From: an uncultured Eubacteriales bacterium
GTDB taxonomy: Bacteria; Bacillota; Clostridia; Christensenellales; Aristaeellaceae
DNA length: 64,000 nt
Assembly (NCBI GenBank): GCA_902760595.1
Contig: CACWHI010000001.1
Location: 124,963-188,962, forward strand
Direction: 5' to 3'
The notes beneath the pieces were generated by a model. It saw nothing but the letters and a program-made list of their open reading frames with translations. It was not told where the DNA came from and ran no database searches. Made by a program: the position numbers and the translations under genes. Positions 9,770 to 20,139 of the stretch are shown one piece after another. Positions within the stretch are counted from its first letter, which is position 1. Each line of letters starts with the position of its first letter.

Positions 9770-11743
9770 ATGCCGTCCCAATCAGAGATGCAGGCCCTGG
9801 TGGACCGCCTGAACGAGGCGGCCAGAGCGTATTATACGTTCGATCAACCGATCATGGCCGATGTGGAATATGACCGGCTTTACGATCAGCTGCTGGCCAT
9901 GGAAAAAGAATCTGGTATGGTTTTACAGGATTCCCCGACTCACCGGGTAGGCGGCGCGCCTCTCAGCGCGTTCGAGCCTCACAGGCACCTGAGCAGGCTG
10001 TGGAGCATGGACAAGGTCCAATCCATGGAAGCCCTGGAGGAGTGGTTCAGCCGGGTACAGCGCCTCCATGACGCTTCCGGTGATCTCCCGCCGATGACCT
10101 ACGGCATTGAATACAAGTTTGACGGACTGACGCTGAACCTGACCTACGATAACGGGCTGCTGGTCGAGGCAGCGACGCGCGGGGACGGTATTACGGGAGA
10201 AGCGGTGCTTCCGCAGGCGCGCACGGTGGCAGGCGTGCCGTTCCGTATTCCCTGGAAGGGCCTGATCGAGGTGCAGGGCGAATGCATCATGCGTCTGTCG
10301 GCGCTGGAAAAATACAACCAGACAGCCAGCGAGCCGCTGAAGAACGCGCGAAACGCCGCGGCCGGCGCGCTGCGGAATCTGGATCCCGCAGTCACGGCAT
10401 CCAGACATCTCAGCGCGTACTTCTACCAGGTGGGTACGATCACTGATCCTCCGTATGATACGCAGGAAGGCATGATCGATTTCTTGCGTGAGCAGGGTTT
10501 CCCCACCAGCCCCTATTTTGCCGCCGCGGACAGCCGTGAGGCCGTCGAAGACGCGATCCGCAGTATCGAAGACAAGCGCAGCAGCCTTGATTTCCTGATC
10601 GACGGCGCGGTCATCAAGATCCGGGAGCAGGCCACGCGTCAGGCGCTCGGGTATACCGACAAATTCCCTCGCTGGGCAGTGGCGTACAAGTTCGAGGCGG
10701 AGGAGAATACGACCCGCATCCTGAATGTCACATGGGAGCTTGGCCGCAGCGGCAAGCTGACCCCGCTGGCGCATGTGGAGCCGGTCGACTTCGCGGGCGT
10801 GACCGTACAGAAGGCCACCCTGAACAACTGGGGCGATATCGTCAGGAAGAAGCTGAAGCTTGGCACGCGGGTATGGATCCGCAGGTCCAACGACGTGATC
10901 CCCGAGATCATGGGCTGTGTGGATGAAGCCGAAGAAGGGACGCCGATCGGGAAGCCGACCCATTGTCCCGCCTGCGGCGCGCCGCTCACGGAGCGCGGGT
11001 CGAACCTGTTCTGTCTGAACCGTGCCGGGTGCAAGCCCCAGGCGGTCATGCGGCTCAAGCATTTTGCTTCCCGGGACGCGATGGATATCGAAACATTTTC
11101 GGAGAAGACCGCCGACCTCTTCTACGACGAGCTGGGAGTTCGCGATCCAGCGGACCTGTATCACCTTGACCCACAGCTCATGGCTGCGCTCAAGGGCTTT
11201 GGCGAGAAGAAGGTACGCAACCTTGAGGACGCGCTGGAGCGCAGCAAGCGCTGCCCGCTGGACCGGTTTTTGCTGGCGATCGGCATCCCGAACGTCGGCA
11301 AGCGGACGGCGCGGGATCTGGCCATCCGGTTCGGCACGCTGGACGGTCTGAAGTCAGCTGACGCTGACACGCTGGCGCAGGTGGACGATATCGGAAGCGT
11401 CATCGCTGAAAGCATCGTCGCCTTTTTCAGCTATCCGGAAAACGCGGAGATGATCGACCGTCTGCTGAAGGCCGGCGTGACGCCGGAAGCGGTGGCAGGT
11501 CCCGCGGCCGGGGCGCTGACGGGTCAGACGGTGGTGGTGACCGGCACGCTGACCAGGTACAGCAGATCAGAGATCGAGCAGCTGATCCGTGACCAGGGAG
11601 GCAGCGCCGCCTCGTCTGTCAGTAAAAAGACGAGCTTTGTCGTGGCCGGTGAAAAAGCGGGCAGCAAGCTGGACAAGGCCAGGCAGCTGGGCATCCCGGT
11701 CCTGACCGAGGAAGAATTTGAGCAAAGACTGAAAGGAAATTGA
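9770..11743 (+). CDS. ligA: NAD-dependent DNA ligase
   Basis: MPSQSEMQALVDRLNEAARAYYTFDQPIMADVEYDRL is the LigA N-terminus. The KxDG adenylation site (EYKFDGLTL), the zinc finger CPACGAPL and a BRCT-like C-terminal domain are present. Confidence 0.9.
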   Translation: MPSQSEMQALVDRLNEAARAYYTFDQPIMADVEYDRLYDQLLAMEKESGMVLQDSPTHRVGGAPLSAFEPHRHLSRLWSMDKVQSMEALEEWFSRVQRLHDASGDLPPMTYGIEYKFDGLTLNLTYDNGLLVEAATRGDGITGEAVLPQARTVAGVPFRIPWKGLIEVQGECIMRLSALEKYNQTASEPLKNARNAAAGALRNLDPAVTASRHLSAYFYQVGTITDPPYDTQEGMIDFLREQGFPTSPYFAAADSREAVEDAIRSIEDKRSSLDFLIDGAVIKIREQATRQALGYTDKFPRWAVAYKFEAEENTTRILNVTWELGRSGKLTPLAHVEPVDFAGVTVQKATLNNWGDIVRKKLKLGTRVWIRRSNDVIPEIMGCVDEAEEGTPIGKPTHCPACGAPLTERGSNLFCLNRAGCKPQAVMRLKHFASRDAMDIETFSEKTADLFYDELGVRDPADLYHLDPQLMAALKGFGEKKVRNLEDALERSKRCPLDRFLLAIGIPNVGKRTARDLAIRFGTLDGLKSADADTLAQVDDIGSVIAESIVAFFSYPENAEMIDRLLKAGVTPEAVAGPAAGALTGQTVVVTGTLTRYSRSEIEQLIRDQGGSAASSVSKKTSFVVAGEKAGSKLDKARQLGIPVLTEEEFEQRLKGN

Positions 11744-11745
11744 TC

Positions 11746-12792
11746 GTGGAGCGCATTATTGAGGATCGGAAATACCTTGATCTCAAGGAATGCACGATGA
11801 GCCGTCTGCGGGAAAGCGAGCTCGATGAGCTGAAAAACCGGCTGACCGCGCAGAACGGGCAGAGCATATTCGGCCGCGGTTCATCTCAGTACTGGACCAA
11901 GGCTTATCAGTACTCCTATGATTACGCTGAACGGCGGAGCGAGGAGTGGCCCTCCCTGCCCAAGCTCCGCGCCGCGGTCAGGAACCGGGTGCCCATCGAG
12001 CTGCCGTTCGTGACCGAACGCGAGGAAGCCATGATCAAGCGGCTGCTGCTGTTTGGCGGCGTCACCCCGCTGTTTACGGAGGACGAGCTGGCAGCGGCCG
12101 ACTCGCTGGTCAAACGGCTCTGGTGCAGCTGCGTGCTGCGGGATAACGGGCAGCTCTTCGTCCGGCTTGCGGACGCGCTGATCAAGCCCATGCTCGCGGC
12201 GGTCGCGGACAACAGCTATCATGAGCTGCGCGCGAGGATGTTCGCCTTTTCCGCGACCCTTCACAGCATGGTCTACCTGCATGGCATGCTGTACGCGGAG
12301 CCGGTCATCGCGAACCTGACGGAGCGTCTGGTACCCGATCACGACGAGACGCATATCCGGCTTCTGTACCGCTACCTGAAGGCGGAGTTCGACTATTGCC
12401 TGGACAGCCAGGGAAATCTGGTACTGATTCACCCCGGACTGATCCATCCCGAGAGGATGCTCGCCTCGATCTCCAACGCGAAGTATCAGGCGACCGATTA
12501 TACCCGGGAGATGATCATCGGCGGTATGAGCGAGCTGCTCAAGGAGGAGTCGGCTGCTGAGGAGATCCTCCGCTCAGAGCTCGGGTTCGCGCTGCAGCCG
12601 GGCTATAACCCCGGCACCATGGTGAACGACGTGAAATTCCTGATCAAGCAGGGCGCGACCCATGAGCAGCTTTCCAGCCTGATCAGCGAAAAGCTCGCAG
12701 TCCGGATGACGCCGCAGATCGAAGCCGCCCTGAAGCGCGCGGAAACGGATACGGTCCGGTGGCAGAGCAGCGTCACCCGGAGACTGAACTGA
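11746..12792 (+). CDS. hypothetical protein (no recognisable domain)
   Basis: 348-codon ORF with coding-like composition, sandwiched by overlap between ligA and rluA. The start is uncertain: TTG at 11740, GTG at 11746 (8 nt after AAAGGA), or ATG at 11797. Confidence 0.45.
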   Translation: MERIIEDRKYLDLKECTMSRLRESELDELKNRLTAQNGQSIFGRGSSQYWTKAYQYSYDYAERRSEEWPSLPKLRAAVRNRVPIELPFVTEREEAMIKRLLLFGGVTPLFTEDELAAADSLVKRLWCSCVLRDNGQLFVRLADALIKPMLAAVADNSYHELRARMFAFSATLHSMVYLHGMLYAEPVIANLTERLVPDHDETHIRLLYRYLKAEFDYCLDSQGNLVLIHPGLIHPERMLASISNAKYQATDYTREMIIGGMSELLKEESAAEEILRSELGFALQPGYNPGTMVNDVKFLIKQGATHEQLSSLISEKLAVRMTPQIEAALKRAETDTVRWQSSVTRRLN

Positions 12793-13625
12793 TGCGCCTG
12801 TATACCGCCCGGATCCCGCAGCAGGTCGGCGAAAAGACCCTGGAAGGCTATCTGGCGCACGCTATGCCGCTGCTGCCGCAGTTTGTGATCAGGGACGCGT
12901 TCGCGCATCACGATGTCAAAATGGACGGGAAGCGCGTTGCGGCCGATCAGGCACCGGCCCCGGGCGCGGAGGTCAGGGTCTATACGCTTTGGGAGGCGGA
13001 GCTGCCTGTGGTCTATGAAGACGGCAACGTCCTCCTGATCAACAAGCCCGCGGGCATCAGCTGTGAAGACGACGGCCGCGGGGGAATGACGGTGCAGAGC
13101 CTTCTGGCGGGAAAGGCAGTGATCTGCCACCGCCTGGATAACCAGACCTGCGGCCTCCTGATCGCGGCCAGGAACGCGGAAACGGAAGCAGCGCTGCTGC
13201 AGGCGTTCAGAGACAGGACGCTGACGAAGCGCTACGAGTGCCTGGTGAAAGGCGTCTTGCGGCCTGCCGCGCAGACGGCGACCGCCTATATCCTGCGGGA
13301 TGAAAGCCTTGGCCGGATGCGCGTGGTCAGCCATGCTTCCCCGGAAGCCCGGCCGATCGCGACGGAATACGAGACGCTGGAAGAAAGCGACGGCATTTCG
13401 CGGCTCCTGGTGACGCTGCTGACCGGCAGGACGCACCAGATCCGCGCCCATCTGGCGGCGCTCCAGCATCCGATCCTCGGGGATGATGTATACGGGGACC
13501 GGGCCTTTAATCAGAGGAGAAATGTCAGGCGGCTGATGCTGTGCTCGACTGAACTGACCCTGAACGCGGGAGGCGTCCTGAGTTATCTGGACGGCCGCGT
13601 TTTCAGGATCAGCGCCCCTTTTTAA
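12792..13625 (+). CDS. RluA-family pseudouridine synthase
   Basis: HRLDNQTCGLLIAARN catalytic-Asp motif and an S4-like N-terminus. The start at 12792 overlaps the upstream stop as TGATG. Confidence 0.75.
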   Translation: MRLYTARIPQQVGEKTLEGYLAHAMPLLPQFVIRDAFAHHDVKMDGKRVAADQAPAPGAEVRVYTLWEAELPVVYEDGNVLLINKPAGISCEDDGRGGMTVQSLLAGKAVICHRLDNQTCGLLIAARNAETEAALLQAFRDRTLTKRYECLVKGVLRPAAQTATAYILRDESLGRMRVVSHASPEARPIATEYETLEESDGISRLLVTLLTGRTHQIRAHLAALQHPILGDDVYGDRAFNQRRNVRRLMLCSTELTLNAGGVLSYLDGRVFRISAPF

Positions 13626-13664
13626 CGTGACTGCGAACCAAACGACCCGGAAACAGGAGAAACT

Positions 13665-14492
13665 ATGGACAGGATCCGAATGATCGCGATGGATTTGGAC
13701 GGGACGCTGGTCCAGCAGGACGGTTCTGTCCTGCCCGATACCGTAAAAGCGCTGAAAGCCGCCTCGAAAAAGGGAATCATCATCGCGCTCGCCTCCGGCC
13801 GGTATCCGGAAAACGCGGGAACGATCATGCTTGACAACGGCCTGGAAGGGCCTGTGATGGGCGTGAACGGCGCGATCATCCAGGACCGGCCGATGGGCCG
13901 GACGCTGTACCTGCACATGATCCCGCGTGAGACGGCACTGGAGGCGCGGGCATGCCTGGATAGGTTAGGTGCCAGGTATATCCTGTTTTCGTACAAGCGC
14001 GTCACGACGAGTCACTTTGGCATGACCCACAGGTCGGAGATCAACGACGGACCGAGAATGGAACGTCTGGGCGGGATCAGCTTCGACCACGGCGCGGAGG
14101 CGGTAACGAAGGCGCTGATGACCGGCGTTTCCAAGATCTTCCTGCCGGACCAGCCGAATCTGGAAGCGATCGGGCGGGCGGTCCGGACCATTCCCCACCT
14201 GCTGGTCACACGCTCGAACAGCCGAAATATCGAACTGATGCCCGAGGGGATCCATAAGGGCCGGGGAATCGCGGAGCTGGCCAGGTGGCTGGGGATTCCG
14301 CTGAGCGCCATCATGGCCTTCGGTGACGAGGAAAACGACCTGCCCATGCTCACCACGGTCGGTTACGGCTTTGCCATGGGCAACGCGCCGGAACACGTCA
14401 AGGCGCAATGCGCCTATACGACGGACAGCTATGACAGGAACGGCATTGGGAACGCGATCGAGCGGTATGTGCTCAATGGAGGTCAGGAATGA
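13665..14492 (+). CDS. Cof-type HAD-IIB family hydrolase
   Basis: MIAMDLDGTLV motif I (DxDGT) and the GDEENDLPML motif IV region. The RBS GGAGAA lies upstream. Confidence 0.75.
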   Translation: MDRIRMIAMDLDGTLVQQDGSVLPDTVKALKAASKKGIIIALASGRYPENAGTIMLDNGLEGPVMGVNGAIIQDRPMGRTLYLHMIPRETALEARACLDRLGARYILFSYKRVTTSHFGMTHRSEINDGPRMERLGGISFDHGAEAVTKALMTGVSKIFLPDQPNLEAIGRAVRTIPHLLVTRSNSRNIELMPEGIHKGRGIAELARWLGIPLSAIMAFGDEENDLPMLTTVGYGFAMGNAPEHVKAQCAYTTDSYDRNGIGNAIERYVLNGGQE

Positions 14493-15127
14493 AAAAAGGC
14501 GTGATCTTTGATCTGGACGGTACACTGCTCCAGACCTTGCCGGATATCGGCGGCAGCATGAACCGGGTGCTCAGGCGCTTCGGCCTCCCGGAGCATCCGC
14601 TGGAGGCCTATAAGACCATGGTGGGCAACGGCGCGTGGAACCTGACTAAGCGGGCTGTCGGGGAGCGACAGGATCTGGCTGACCAGGTGTACCCGGCGTA
14701 CCGTGAAGAGTATTCCGCCCATACCTGTGACCAGACGTATATCTATCCCGGGATCTCCGAAATGATCAGGGAGCTTGGCAGGCGCGGGATCCTGCTGACA
14801 GTATTCAGCAACAAGGACGATCCGGACGTGGCGATGGTCATCCACCATTATTTTCCGGACAAGCCCTTCACGCTGCTGAGGGGACGCATGGAGGGGGTGC
14901 CGATCAAGCCGGCTCCTGACGGCGCGCTGCTGATCACGGACAAGCTCGGGCTCTCTCCGGACGAGATCCTGTATGTGGGCGATACCGGCACGGATATGGA
15001 GTGCGGACGGAATGCGGGTATGGAGACGGTCGGCGTCCTGTGGGGGTTCCGCACGCGCGCGGAGCTGGAAGAAACAAAGGCCTGCCATATCATCGGCAAG
15101 CCTTCGGAGCTGCTGGCATTCATATAA
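14489..15127 (+). CDS. HAD-IA family hydrolase (phosphoglycolate phosphatase-like)
   Basis: MKKGVIFDLDGTLL motif I and the VGDTGTDMECGRNAG motif. The start overlaps the previous stop as ATGA. Confidence 0.75.
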   Translation: MKKGVIFDLDGTLLQTLPDIGGSMNRVLRRFGLPEHPLEAYKTMVGNGAWNLTKRAVGERQDLADQVYPAYREEYSAHTCDQTYIYPGISEMIRELGRRGILLTVFSNKDDPDVAMVIHHYFPDKPFTLLRGRMEGVPIKPAPDGALLITDKLGLSPDEILYVGDTGTDMECGRNAGMETVGVLWGFRTRAELEETKACHIIGKPSELLAFI

Positions 15128-15145
15128 TGAAACAGAAGTATGACG

Positions 15146-15184
15146 AAAGGGGCTGTTGCACATCATAGTGCAACAGCCCCTTTT
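15146..15184. terminator. bidirectional rho-independent terminator between convergent genes
   Basis: Perfect hairpin AAAGGGGCTGTTGCAC-atcata-GTGCAACAGCCCCTTT with a T-run on the plus strand and an A-run on the minus strand. Confidence 0.7.
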
Positions 15185-15193
15185 CATACAGTC

Positions 15194-15403
15194 TCAGTCT
15201 ACGCTCACAAATTCGTAGCCAGCATCCCTGATCGCGGCCGCTACGCTCTCCGCGTTGAAGTCGCCGTTGGCAACGACGTTCGCGGTGCCAGTCTCGTGAT
15301 AGACCTGGGCGCTCTCGATAAAGGGCAGCGCCTCGAGCGCTTTCTTCACGCGCATCTCGCAGTGAGCGCACATGATGCCTTTGACATGGATCGTTTTGTT
15401 CAT
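15194..15403 (-). CDS. copZ: heavy-metal-associated (HMA) domain copper chaperone-like protein
   Basis: 69 aa with GIMCAHCEMRV, the MxCxxC metal-binding motif. The start is at the internal ATG after the RBS GGAGG. Confidence 0.6.
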   Translation of the reverse strand: MNKTIHVKGIMCAHCEMRVKKALEALPFIESAQVYHETGTANVVANGDFNAESVAAAIRDAGYEFVSVD

Positions 15404-15422
15404 AATGAAACCTCCTTGAAAA

Positions 15423-15662
15423 CTATAGTTGAAAGAGCTCTTTGGTCGTGTCTCCGCTGTCGCCGCGGGCATAGGAGACCGCCAGCACCTGTTCATAGGG
15501 CACGATGACCGGCGTCTTTCTTCCGGGCTTCAGCCCGACGAAGCTGTGGTCGTCCATGGATAGCACGGTCATATTGACATATCTGAGCCGCTCCCCGGAC
15601 AGCAGGATACGCACCGGGCGGTTGGAGCGCATGGAATAAACCAGAAACCGTTCAAACAGCAT
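15423..15662 (-). CDS. small hypothetical protein (79 aa)
   Basis: Only the C-terminal 79 codons (MLFERFLVYSMRSNRPV...) of the longer track ORF are taken. It fits exactly between the esterase stop and the copZ RBS, and the longer reading would overlap the esterase gene. Confidence 0.3.
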   Translation of the reverse strand: MLFERFLVYSMRSNRPVRILLSGERLRYVNMTVLSMDDHSFVGLKPGRKTPVIVPYEQVLAVSYARGDSGDTTKELFQL

Positions 15663-15666
15663 CTGC

Positions 15667-17175
15667 TTACACCAGCCAGAACGGCGCCAGGGGCAGGCCG
15701 TTTTCCGAAAAGAAGGGCGCTGACGCGTAATCTGCCCAGGCGAAGCGGGCCATGACCGGACGGGGGACGTTCGGATGGCTGAGCCGGAGGAGGGAGCCGT
15801 CCAGTTCCGCTTCGGCCGGATAAAAGACGCCGTCCTGCCCCGCAACCTCCAGCAGCAGGTCAGACTGCCCGTTTGCGGTGACTGGCGCGCTGAGCTGGAT
15901 ATACAGCGTTTTATCCCGTGTATACTTGCTGACGGCACGCGGCGCTTCGGGAGCCGGAACGCCGTAAACCGTGTTCATGGCGCAGAAGAACAGGCGCTCT
16001 CCCACGACCCGCTTGTTGGTCGGATGGATGTTGTCGTACTCTCCCTGGTCGATCAGGATCGCCAGATCGGTATGGCTGACCTCCTGCGCCACGCGCTGCT
16101 GCGCCTGCCTGAGCCGGGGCCAGGTGCCGGTATCGGTCCCGCCGGCGGGGATCCACATGGGTAATTGTACGTTCAGGAAGGGCAGAGCCAGATTCTGAAA
16201 CTGCCTTCTCAGCTGGCTGATGAACGCCTTCAGCAGCACATCGTAACACTCGGTCCTCCCTGTGTCCTCTTCGCCCTGGTAAAAGAGGACGCCGGTGAGA
16301 GTCGCGGGTACGATCCTGCGCAGCATCGTTTCCGAGAGTCCGGCGGGGCGGTAAGGGGAGCCGGGACCGACGGGCGGGAACCAGGGGAAAGGCCCCAGCA
16401 GGCTGTTCAGCTCGGGCGCGGTGACGCCGGGACGCTCCCGGCGCACCTGGTCGGCCCTGGCGTTCCAGTCAGCCATGCCCTGCTCAAACACTTTTTCTTC
16501 CGCCAGGTACTGCTCCATCGTCTTCCTGCCGGCGCTCTTTTTGTATTCTTTTATATAGCGCTGGCCTTCGGCGATGCTTTCGAGCGTCTCTTTTTCCATC
16601 CAGCAGGTAATGGATGAGCCGCCCCAGTAGCAGTCGATGATTCCGATGGGGACGTTCAGCTCCTGCTGAAGCTTCATGGCAAAGAAATACGCGGCGGCGC
16701 TCATATCCCGTCCTTCGCCGGGACGGATCTCGCGCCATCCGGCTTCGGCGTTCGCCCTGTCGGCTTCCGGGGTGTTCAGGGCGTACTTGGGGACGTTGTA
16801 ATAGCGCACGAGGACATTCTCGTGCCGCCTGACAGCGGCCGGTCCGTCGTCGGCGTCCTTGAGCTCCAGCTCCATATTGCTCTGCCCGCCGGCCAGATAT
16901 ACGTCACCGATGGCGATATCGCAGGCCAGCGCCGCAGTTTTGCCGTCGCTGACGCGCAGCGTACAGTGCATCGCGGCCTCCTGCGGCGGCAGCAGGGCCA
17001 GGAACCGTCCGTTCCGCTCCGTGACCCGGTCGCTTCCAAGCACATCGCCGGAAGCGCTCAGCAGGGTCACGGTCAGCTCGGTGCCCTTTTCAGCCTCCCC
17101 GAATACGCGGATCTCCTGCCGGCGACACAGGATCGCCTTGTCCGAGAACAGGGATGACAGATGAAACGCGGCCAT
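15667..17175 (-). CDS. SASA/DUF303-family carbohydrate O-acetylesterase (sialate O-acetylesterase-like)
   Basis: GDVYLAGGQSNME, the GQSNM motif of the SASA family. The start was moved to MAAFHLSS (17175), just after the upstream gene's stop. Confidence 0.65.
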   Translation of the reverse strand: MAAFHLSSLFSDKAILCRRQEIRVFGEAEKGTELTVTLLSASGDVLGSDRVTERNGRFLALLPPQEAAMHCTLRVSDGKTAALACDIAIGDVYLAGGQSNMELELKDADDGPAAVRRHENVLVRYYNVPKYALNTPEADRANAEAGWREIRPGEGRDMSAAAYFFAMKLQQELNVPIGIIDCYWGGSSITCWMEKETLESIAEGQRYIKEYKKSAGRKTMEQYLAEEKVFEQGMADWNARADQVRRERPGVTAPELNSLLGPFPWFPPVGPGSPYRPAGLSETMLRRIVPATLTGVLFYQGEEDTGRTECYDVLLKAFISQLRRQFQNLALPFLNVQLPMWIPAGGTDTGTWPRLRQAQQRVAQEVSHTDLAILIDQGEYDNIHPTNKRVVGERLFFCAMNTVYGVPAPEAPRAVSKYTRDKTLYIQLSAPVTANGQSDLLLEVAGQDGVFYPAEAELDGSLLRLSHPNVPRPVMARFAWADYASAPFFSENGLPLAPFWLV

Positions 17176-17176
17176 A

Positions 17177-18199
17177 TCAGCGTTTTCCCAGTTCGGTATC
17201 CGTTTCGGAAACCTTGCTGTGCTCCTTGATGTAATCGATGATCTCGTCAAGATAGCCGAAGGCGACGGCGACATAGCTGTCCGCCGCGCCGTAATAAACG
17301 GCGATGCGCCCTGTGGGCTCATCCTGCAGCGTGGCGCAAGGGAAGCAGACGTTCGGCACGAAGCCGCGCTCCTCATACCATTCTTCGGGCGTCAGCAGGT
17401 AGTTTTCACAGCGGTATTTGACCCGGGAGGGCTCGTCGATGTCCAGGATCGCGCCGCCGATGGAATACACATAGCCGTTGCAGGTGTTGGTCACGCCGTG
17501 ATAGAAGATCAGCCAGCCATCGCTGGTCTCGATTGGCGCGGCGCCGCCGCCGATCTTGAGGCCTTCCCACCAGTTGCCGCTGCGTGACATCACATGGCGG
17601 TGCCTGCCCCAATACACCAGGTCGGGGCTCTCGCTGATATAGATGTCCCCAAAGGGCGTGTGGCCGCTGTCGGAGGGACGGGAAAGCATCATGAATTTCC
17701 CGTTGATCTTCCGGGGGAAGAGGACGGCGTTGCGGTTGAAGGCCAGGAAGGGATTCTCCAGCCGGGTGAAGGTTTTGAAATCCGTCGTCCGGGCCAGGCC
17801 GATCGCCGCGCCGTAAAAGTCCTGGCACCACATGATATAATAGGTATCCTCCACCTTGACCAGGCGGGGGTCGTAGGCATAGACGGGCATGAACGGCTTG
17901 CCGTCTTCATCGACAAAGTGGATTTTTTCCTTCTCGAATTCCCAGTGGATGGCGTCTTTGCTGTGGCCGAGGTAAATGTAGGATACGCCGTTGGTCTGCT
18001 CGCCGCGGAATACGCCGATGAAGCCATCCTGGTACGGCATGACCGCGGAATTGAAGATACGGGCTACGCCCTCCACGGGATTGCGGTGGATGATGGGGTT
18101 GTCGGAATATCGCCAGAGGGGAGAATTCCTCCAGCCCTCCGGCTTGTCCTGCCAGGGAATGTTGGGAAGCGCGTTCGCGATCATCTTGTACTTGCCCAT
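17177..18199 (-). CDS. glycoside hydrolase family 130 (mannoside phosphorylase family)
   Basis: The 340-aa length and sequence (NPIIHRNPVEG..., DTYYIMWCQDFYGAAIGLARTTDFKTF..., GGAAPIETSDGWLIFYHGV) are typical of GH130 phosphorylases. The start was moved to MGKYKM. Confidence 0.75.
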   Translation of the reverse strand: MGKYKMIANALPNIPWQDKPEGWRNSPLWRYSDNPIIHRNPVEGVARIFNSAVMPYQDGFIGVFRGEQTNGVSYIYLGHSKDAIHWEFEKEKIHFVDEDGKPFMPVYAYDPRLVKVEDTYYIMWCQDFYGAAIGLARTTDFKTFTRLENPFLAFNRNAVLFPRKINGKFMMLSRPSDSGHTPFGDIYISESPDLVYWGRHRHVMSRSGNWWEGLKIGGGAAPIETSDGWLIFYHGVTNTCNGYVYSIGGAILDIDEPSRVKYRCENYLLTPEEWYEERGFVPNVCFPCATLQDEPTGRIAVYYGAADSYVAVAFGYLDEIIDYIKEHSKVSETDTELGKR

Positions 18200-18259
18200 G
18201 ATTGTCGTCCTTTCCTTTTTTGGATAGAGCTCAGGCATGCTGGGACGCCTGGTGAAAGA

Positions 18260-19105
18260 TCATGTGAGATGCAGGTATTTCGAGACGGTTTCCATGCCCA
18301 GGCGGGCGGTCTCCGCGACGCTGTACCCAAAGCCGATCCCGCACGCGATCCCCGCGGTCAGGGAATCGCCGGCGCCGTTCTGGGAGGAGACCGTCAATAC
18401 CCTGGGCCTGAGATAGCCCTTGGTCTCGTCGTCCGCGTAATAAAGCCCGTCCTTGCCTAAGGAAATGAATACGTTCCTCACTCCCGACGACAGGAGACTG
18501 TCCGCGCAGTCCTCGGGCGTATCGCGCCCGGTCATGGTCCTCGCTTCGAGCAGGTTGGGCTTGATCGCGGCGAGGCGGGGCAGCAGCGGCAGGATCCGTT
18601 TTGCCTTTTCAGCGCTGACAGGGTCGCAGACGAGGGGAGGGACCGCGCTTTCCGCCAGATAAAGCAGACTTTTCTCCGGCAGGTTCGCGTCGATCACGCA
18701 TACGTCCGATGCGTTGACGGAGGGGAGCATCTGGTCGAGGATATCTCCGGTAAACGCGTCCATGAGGCGCATGTCGTTGACGGCGCACAGCATGTCGCCG
18801 TCCGTATCGTGCAGCGCCATGTATACGGAGCTCGGGCCCGCCAGCTGAACGGAACCATCGATGCGCAGCCCCTCCTCCAGGCAGGCCTGCCGGAGCCATT
18901 CGGCATTGTGATCATTGCCGAAGACGGTGTACAGGGAGACGTTCGCGCCGGTGCGGACGGCCTGCGCCGCGATATTGTGCCCGACGCCGCCGCAGGAAAA
19001 ACGTACGTGGCCGATCAGCGAATCCTTGGGCTGGAAGGCGCCCGAGGGCTGCCCGATGACATCCAGGTTCACGCCGCCGACGACAGCGATATTCAGCCAG
19101 CTCAT
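18260..19105 (-). CDS. PfkB-family carbohydrate/nucleoside kinase
   Basis: [13 protein letters not shown]-terminal motif and [18 protein letters not shown]-terminal PfkB motif. The start (19105) overlaps the queA stop as ATGA. Confidence 0.7.
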   Translation of the reverse strand: MSWLNIAVVGGVNLDVIGQPSGAFQPKDSLIGHVRFSCGGVGHNIAAQAVRTGANVSLYTVFGNDHNAEWLRQACLEEGLRIDGSVQLAGPSSVYMALHDTDGDMLCAVNDMRLMDAFTGDILDQMLPSVNASDVCVIDANLPEKSLLYLAESAVPPLVCDPVSAEKAKRILPLLPRLAAIKPNLLEARTMTGRDTPEDCADSLLSSGVRNVFISLGKDGLYYADDETKGYLRPRVLTVSSQNGAGDSLTAGIACGIGFGYSVAETARLGMETVSKYLHLT

Positions 19106-20127
19106 AGCAGCAGAGTGCAGTCCCCGAAGGAGAAGAAGCGATATCGCTTCTCGACGGCTTCTTCGTAGAGCTGCAGCGCCTGTTCGCGCCCGATGAACGC
19201 GCTGACCAGCATCAGGAGCGTGCTTTCGGGAAGGTGAAAGTTGGTCAGCAGGACGTCTGTCGCCTTGAAGGCCACGCCCGGCTTGATGAAAATGCTGGTC
19301 GTGCCGGAACCCGGATGAACGATCCCGTGCTCGTCCGCGACGGTTTCCAGCGTGCGGACGCTGGTGGTGCCGATACATACGATCCGTCCGCCGTTGGCGC
19401 GGGCGCGGTTGATCCGCTGCGCGGCGTCCTCGGTGACCATATAGTATTCTTCGTGCATCAGATGGTCTTCGACGTTTTCCGCCTTGACCGGACGGAAGGT
19501 GCCGAGGCCGACGTGCAGGAGAACGGGAACGATATCTACCCCCATCTGGCGGATGGTATCCAGCAGCTCGGGGGTAAAGTGAAGCCCTGCGGTCGGCGCG
19601 GCGGCGCTGCCCTCCTGCCTGGCGTACACGGTCTGGTATTGTTCGGGATCCTCAAGACGCTGGTGGATGTAGGGCGGCAGAGGCATCTGGCCCAGCTCGT
19701 CCAGCACGGCCTCAAAAACGCCGTCATAGGTAAAGCTGACGATCCTTCCGCCGGACGATGTCGTTTCCCCGATCATGGCACGCAGCCGACCCTGGCCGAA
19801 GCTGACCGCGGTGCCGGCCTTGAGGCGCCGGCCGGGCTTGACCAGCGTTTCCCAGGTGTCGGTTGAGATACGCTTGAGCAGCAGTATCTCCACGGGGATC
19901 CCGCTGCTGTCCTTGACGCCGATCAGGCGGGCGGGGATGACGCGGGTCTCGTTGACGACCATGACATCGTTGGGCTTCAGAAAGGATGGAAAATCCCGGA
20001 ATATGCGGTCCTGCGTCGCGCCGGTCGCGCGGTCATAGACGAGCATCCGGGCGCTGTCACGGGGCTGGGCGGGCGTCTGCGCGATCAGCTCAGGCGGCAG
20101 CTCGTAATAGAAATCAGAAGTCTTCAT
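19102..20127 (-). CDS. queA: S-adenosylmethionine:tRNA ribosyltransferase-isomerase
   Basis: [30 protein letters not shown] is the canonical QueA N-terminus. Confidence 0.9.
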   Translation of the reverse strand: MKTSDFYYELPPELIAQTPAQPRDSARMLVYDRATGATQDRIFRDFPSFLKPNDVMVVNETRVIPARLIGVKDSSGIPVEILLLKRISTDTWETLVKPGRRLKAGTAVSFGQGRLRAMIGETTSSGGRIVSFTYDGVFEAVLDELGQMPLPPYIHQRLEDPEQYQTVYARQEGSAAAPTAGLHFTPELLDTIRQMGVDIVPVLLHVGLGTFRPVKAENVEDHLMHEEYYMVTEDAAQRINRARANGGRIVCIGTTSVRTLETVADEHGIVHPGSGTTSIFIKPGVAFKATDVLLTNFHLPESTLLMLVSAFIGREQALQLYEEAVEKRYRFFSFGDCTLLL

Positions 20128-20139
20128 CGTGTTTTCCTG

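Noticed and set aside
15423-15938. Full 171-aa track ORF
   Set aside because: Its N-terminal 92 codons overlap the esterase gene on the same strand in another frame. Only the 79-aa C-terminal portion (15423-15662) was kept, and with low confidence
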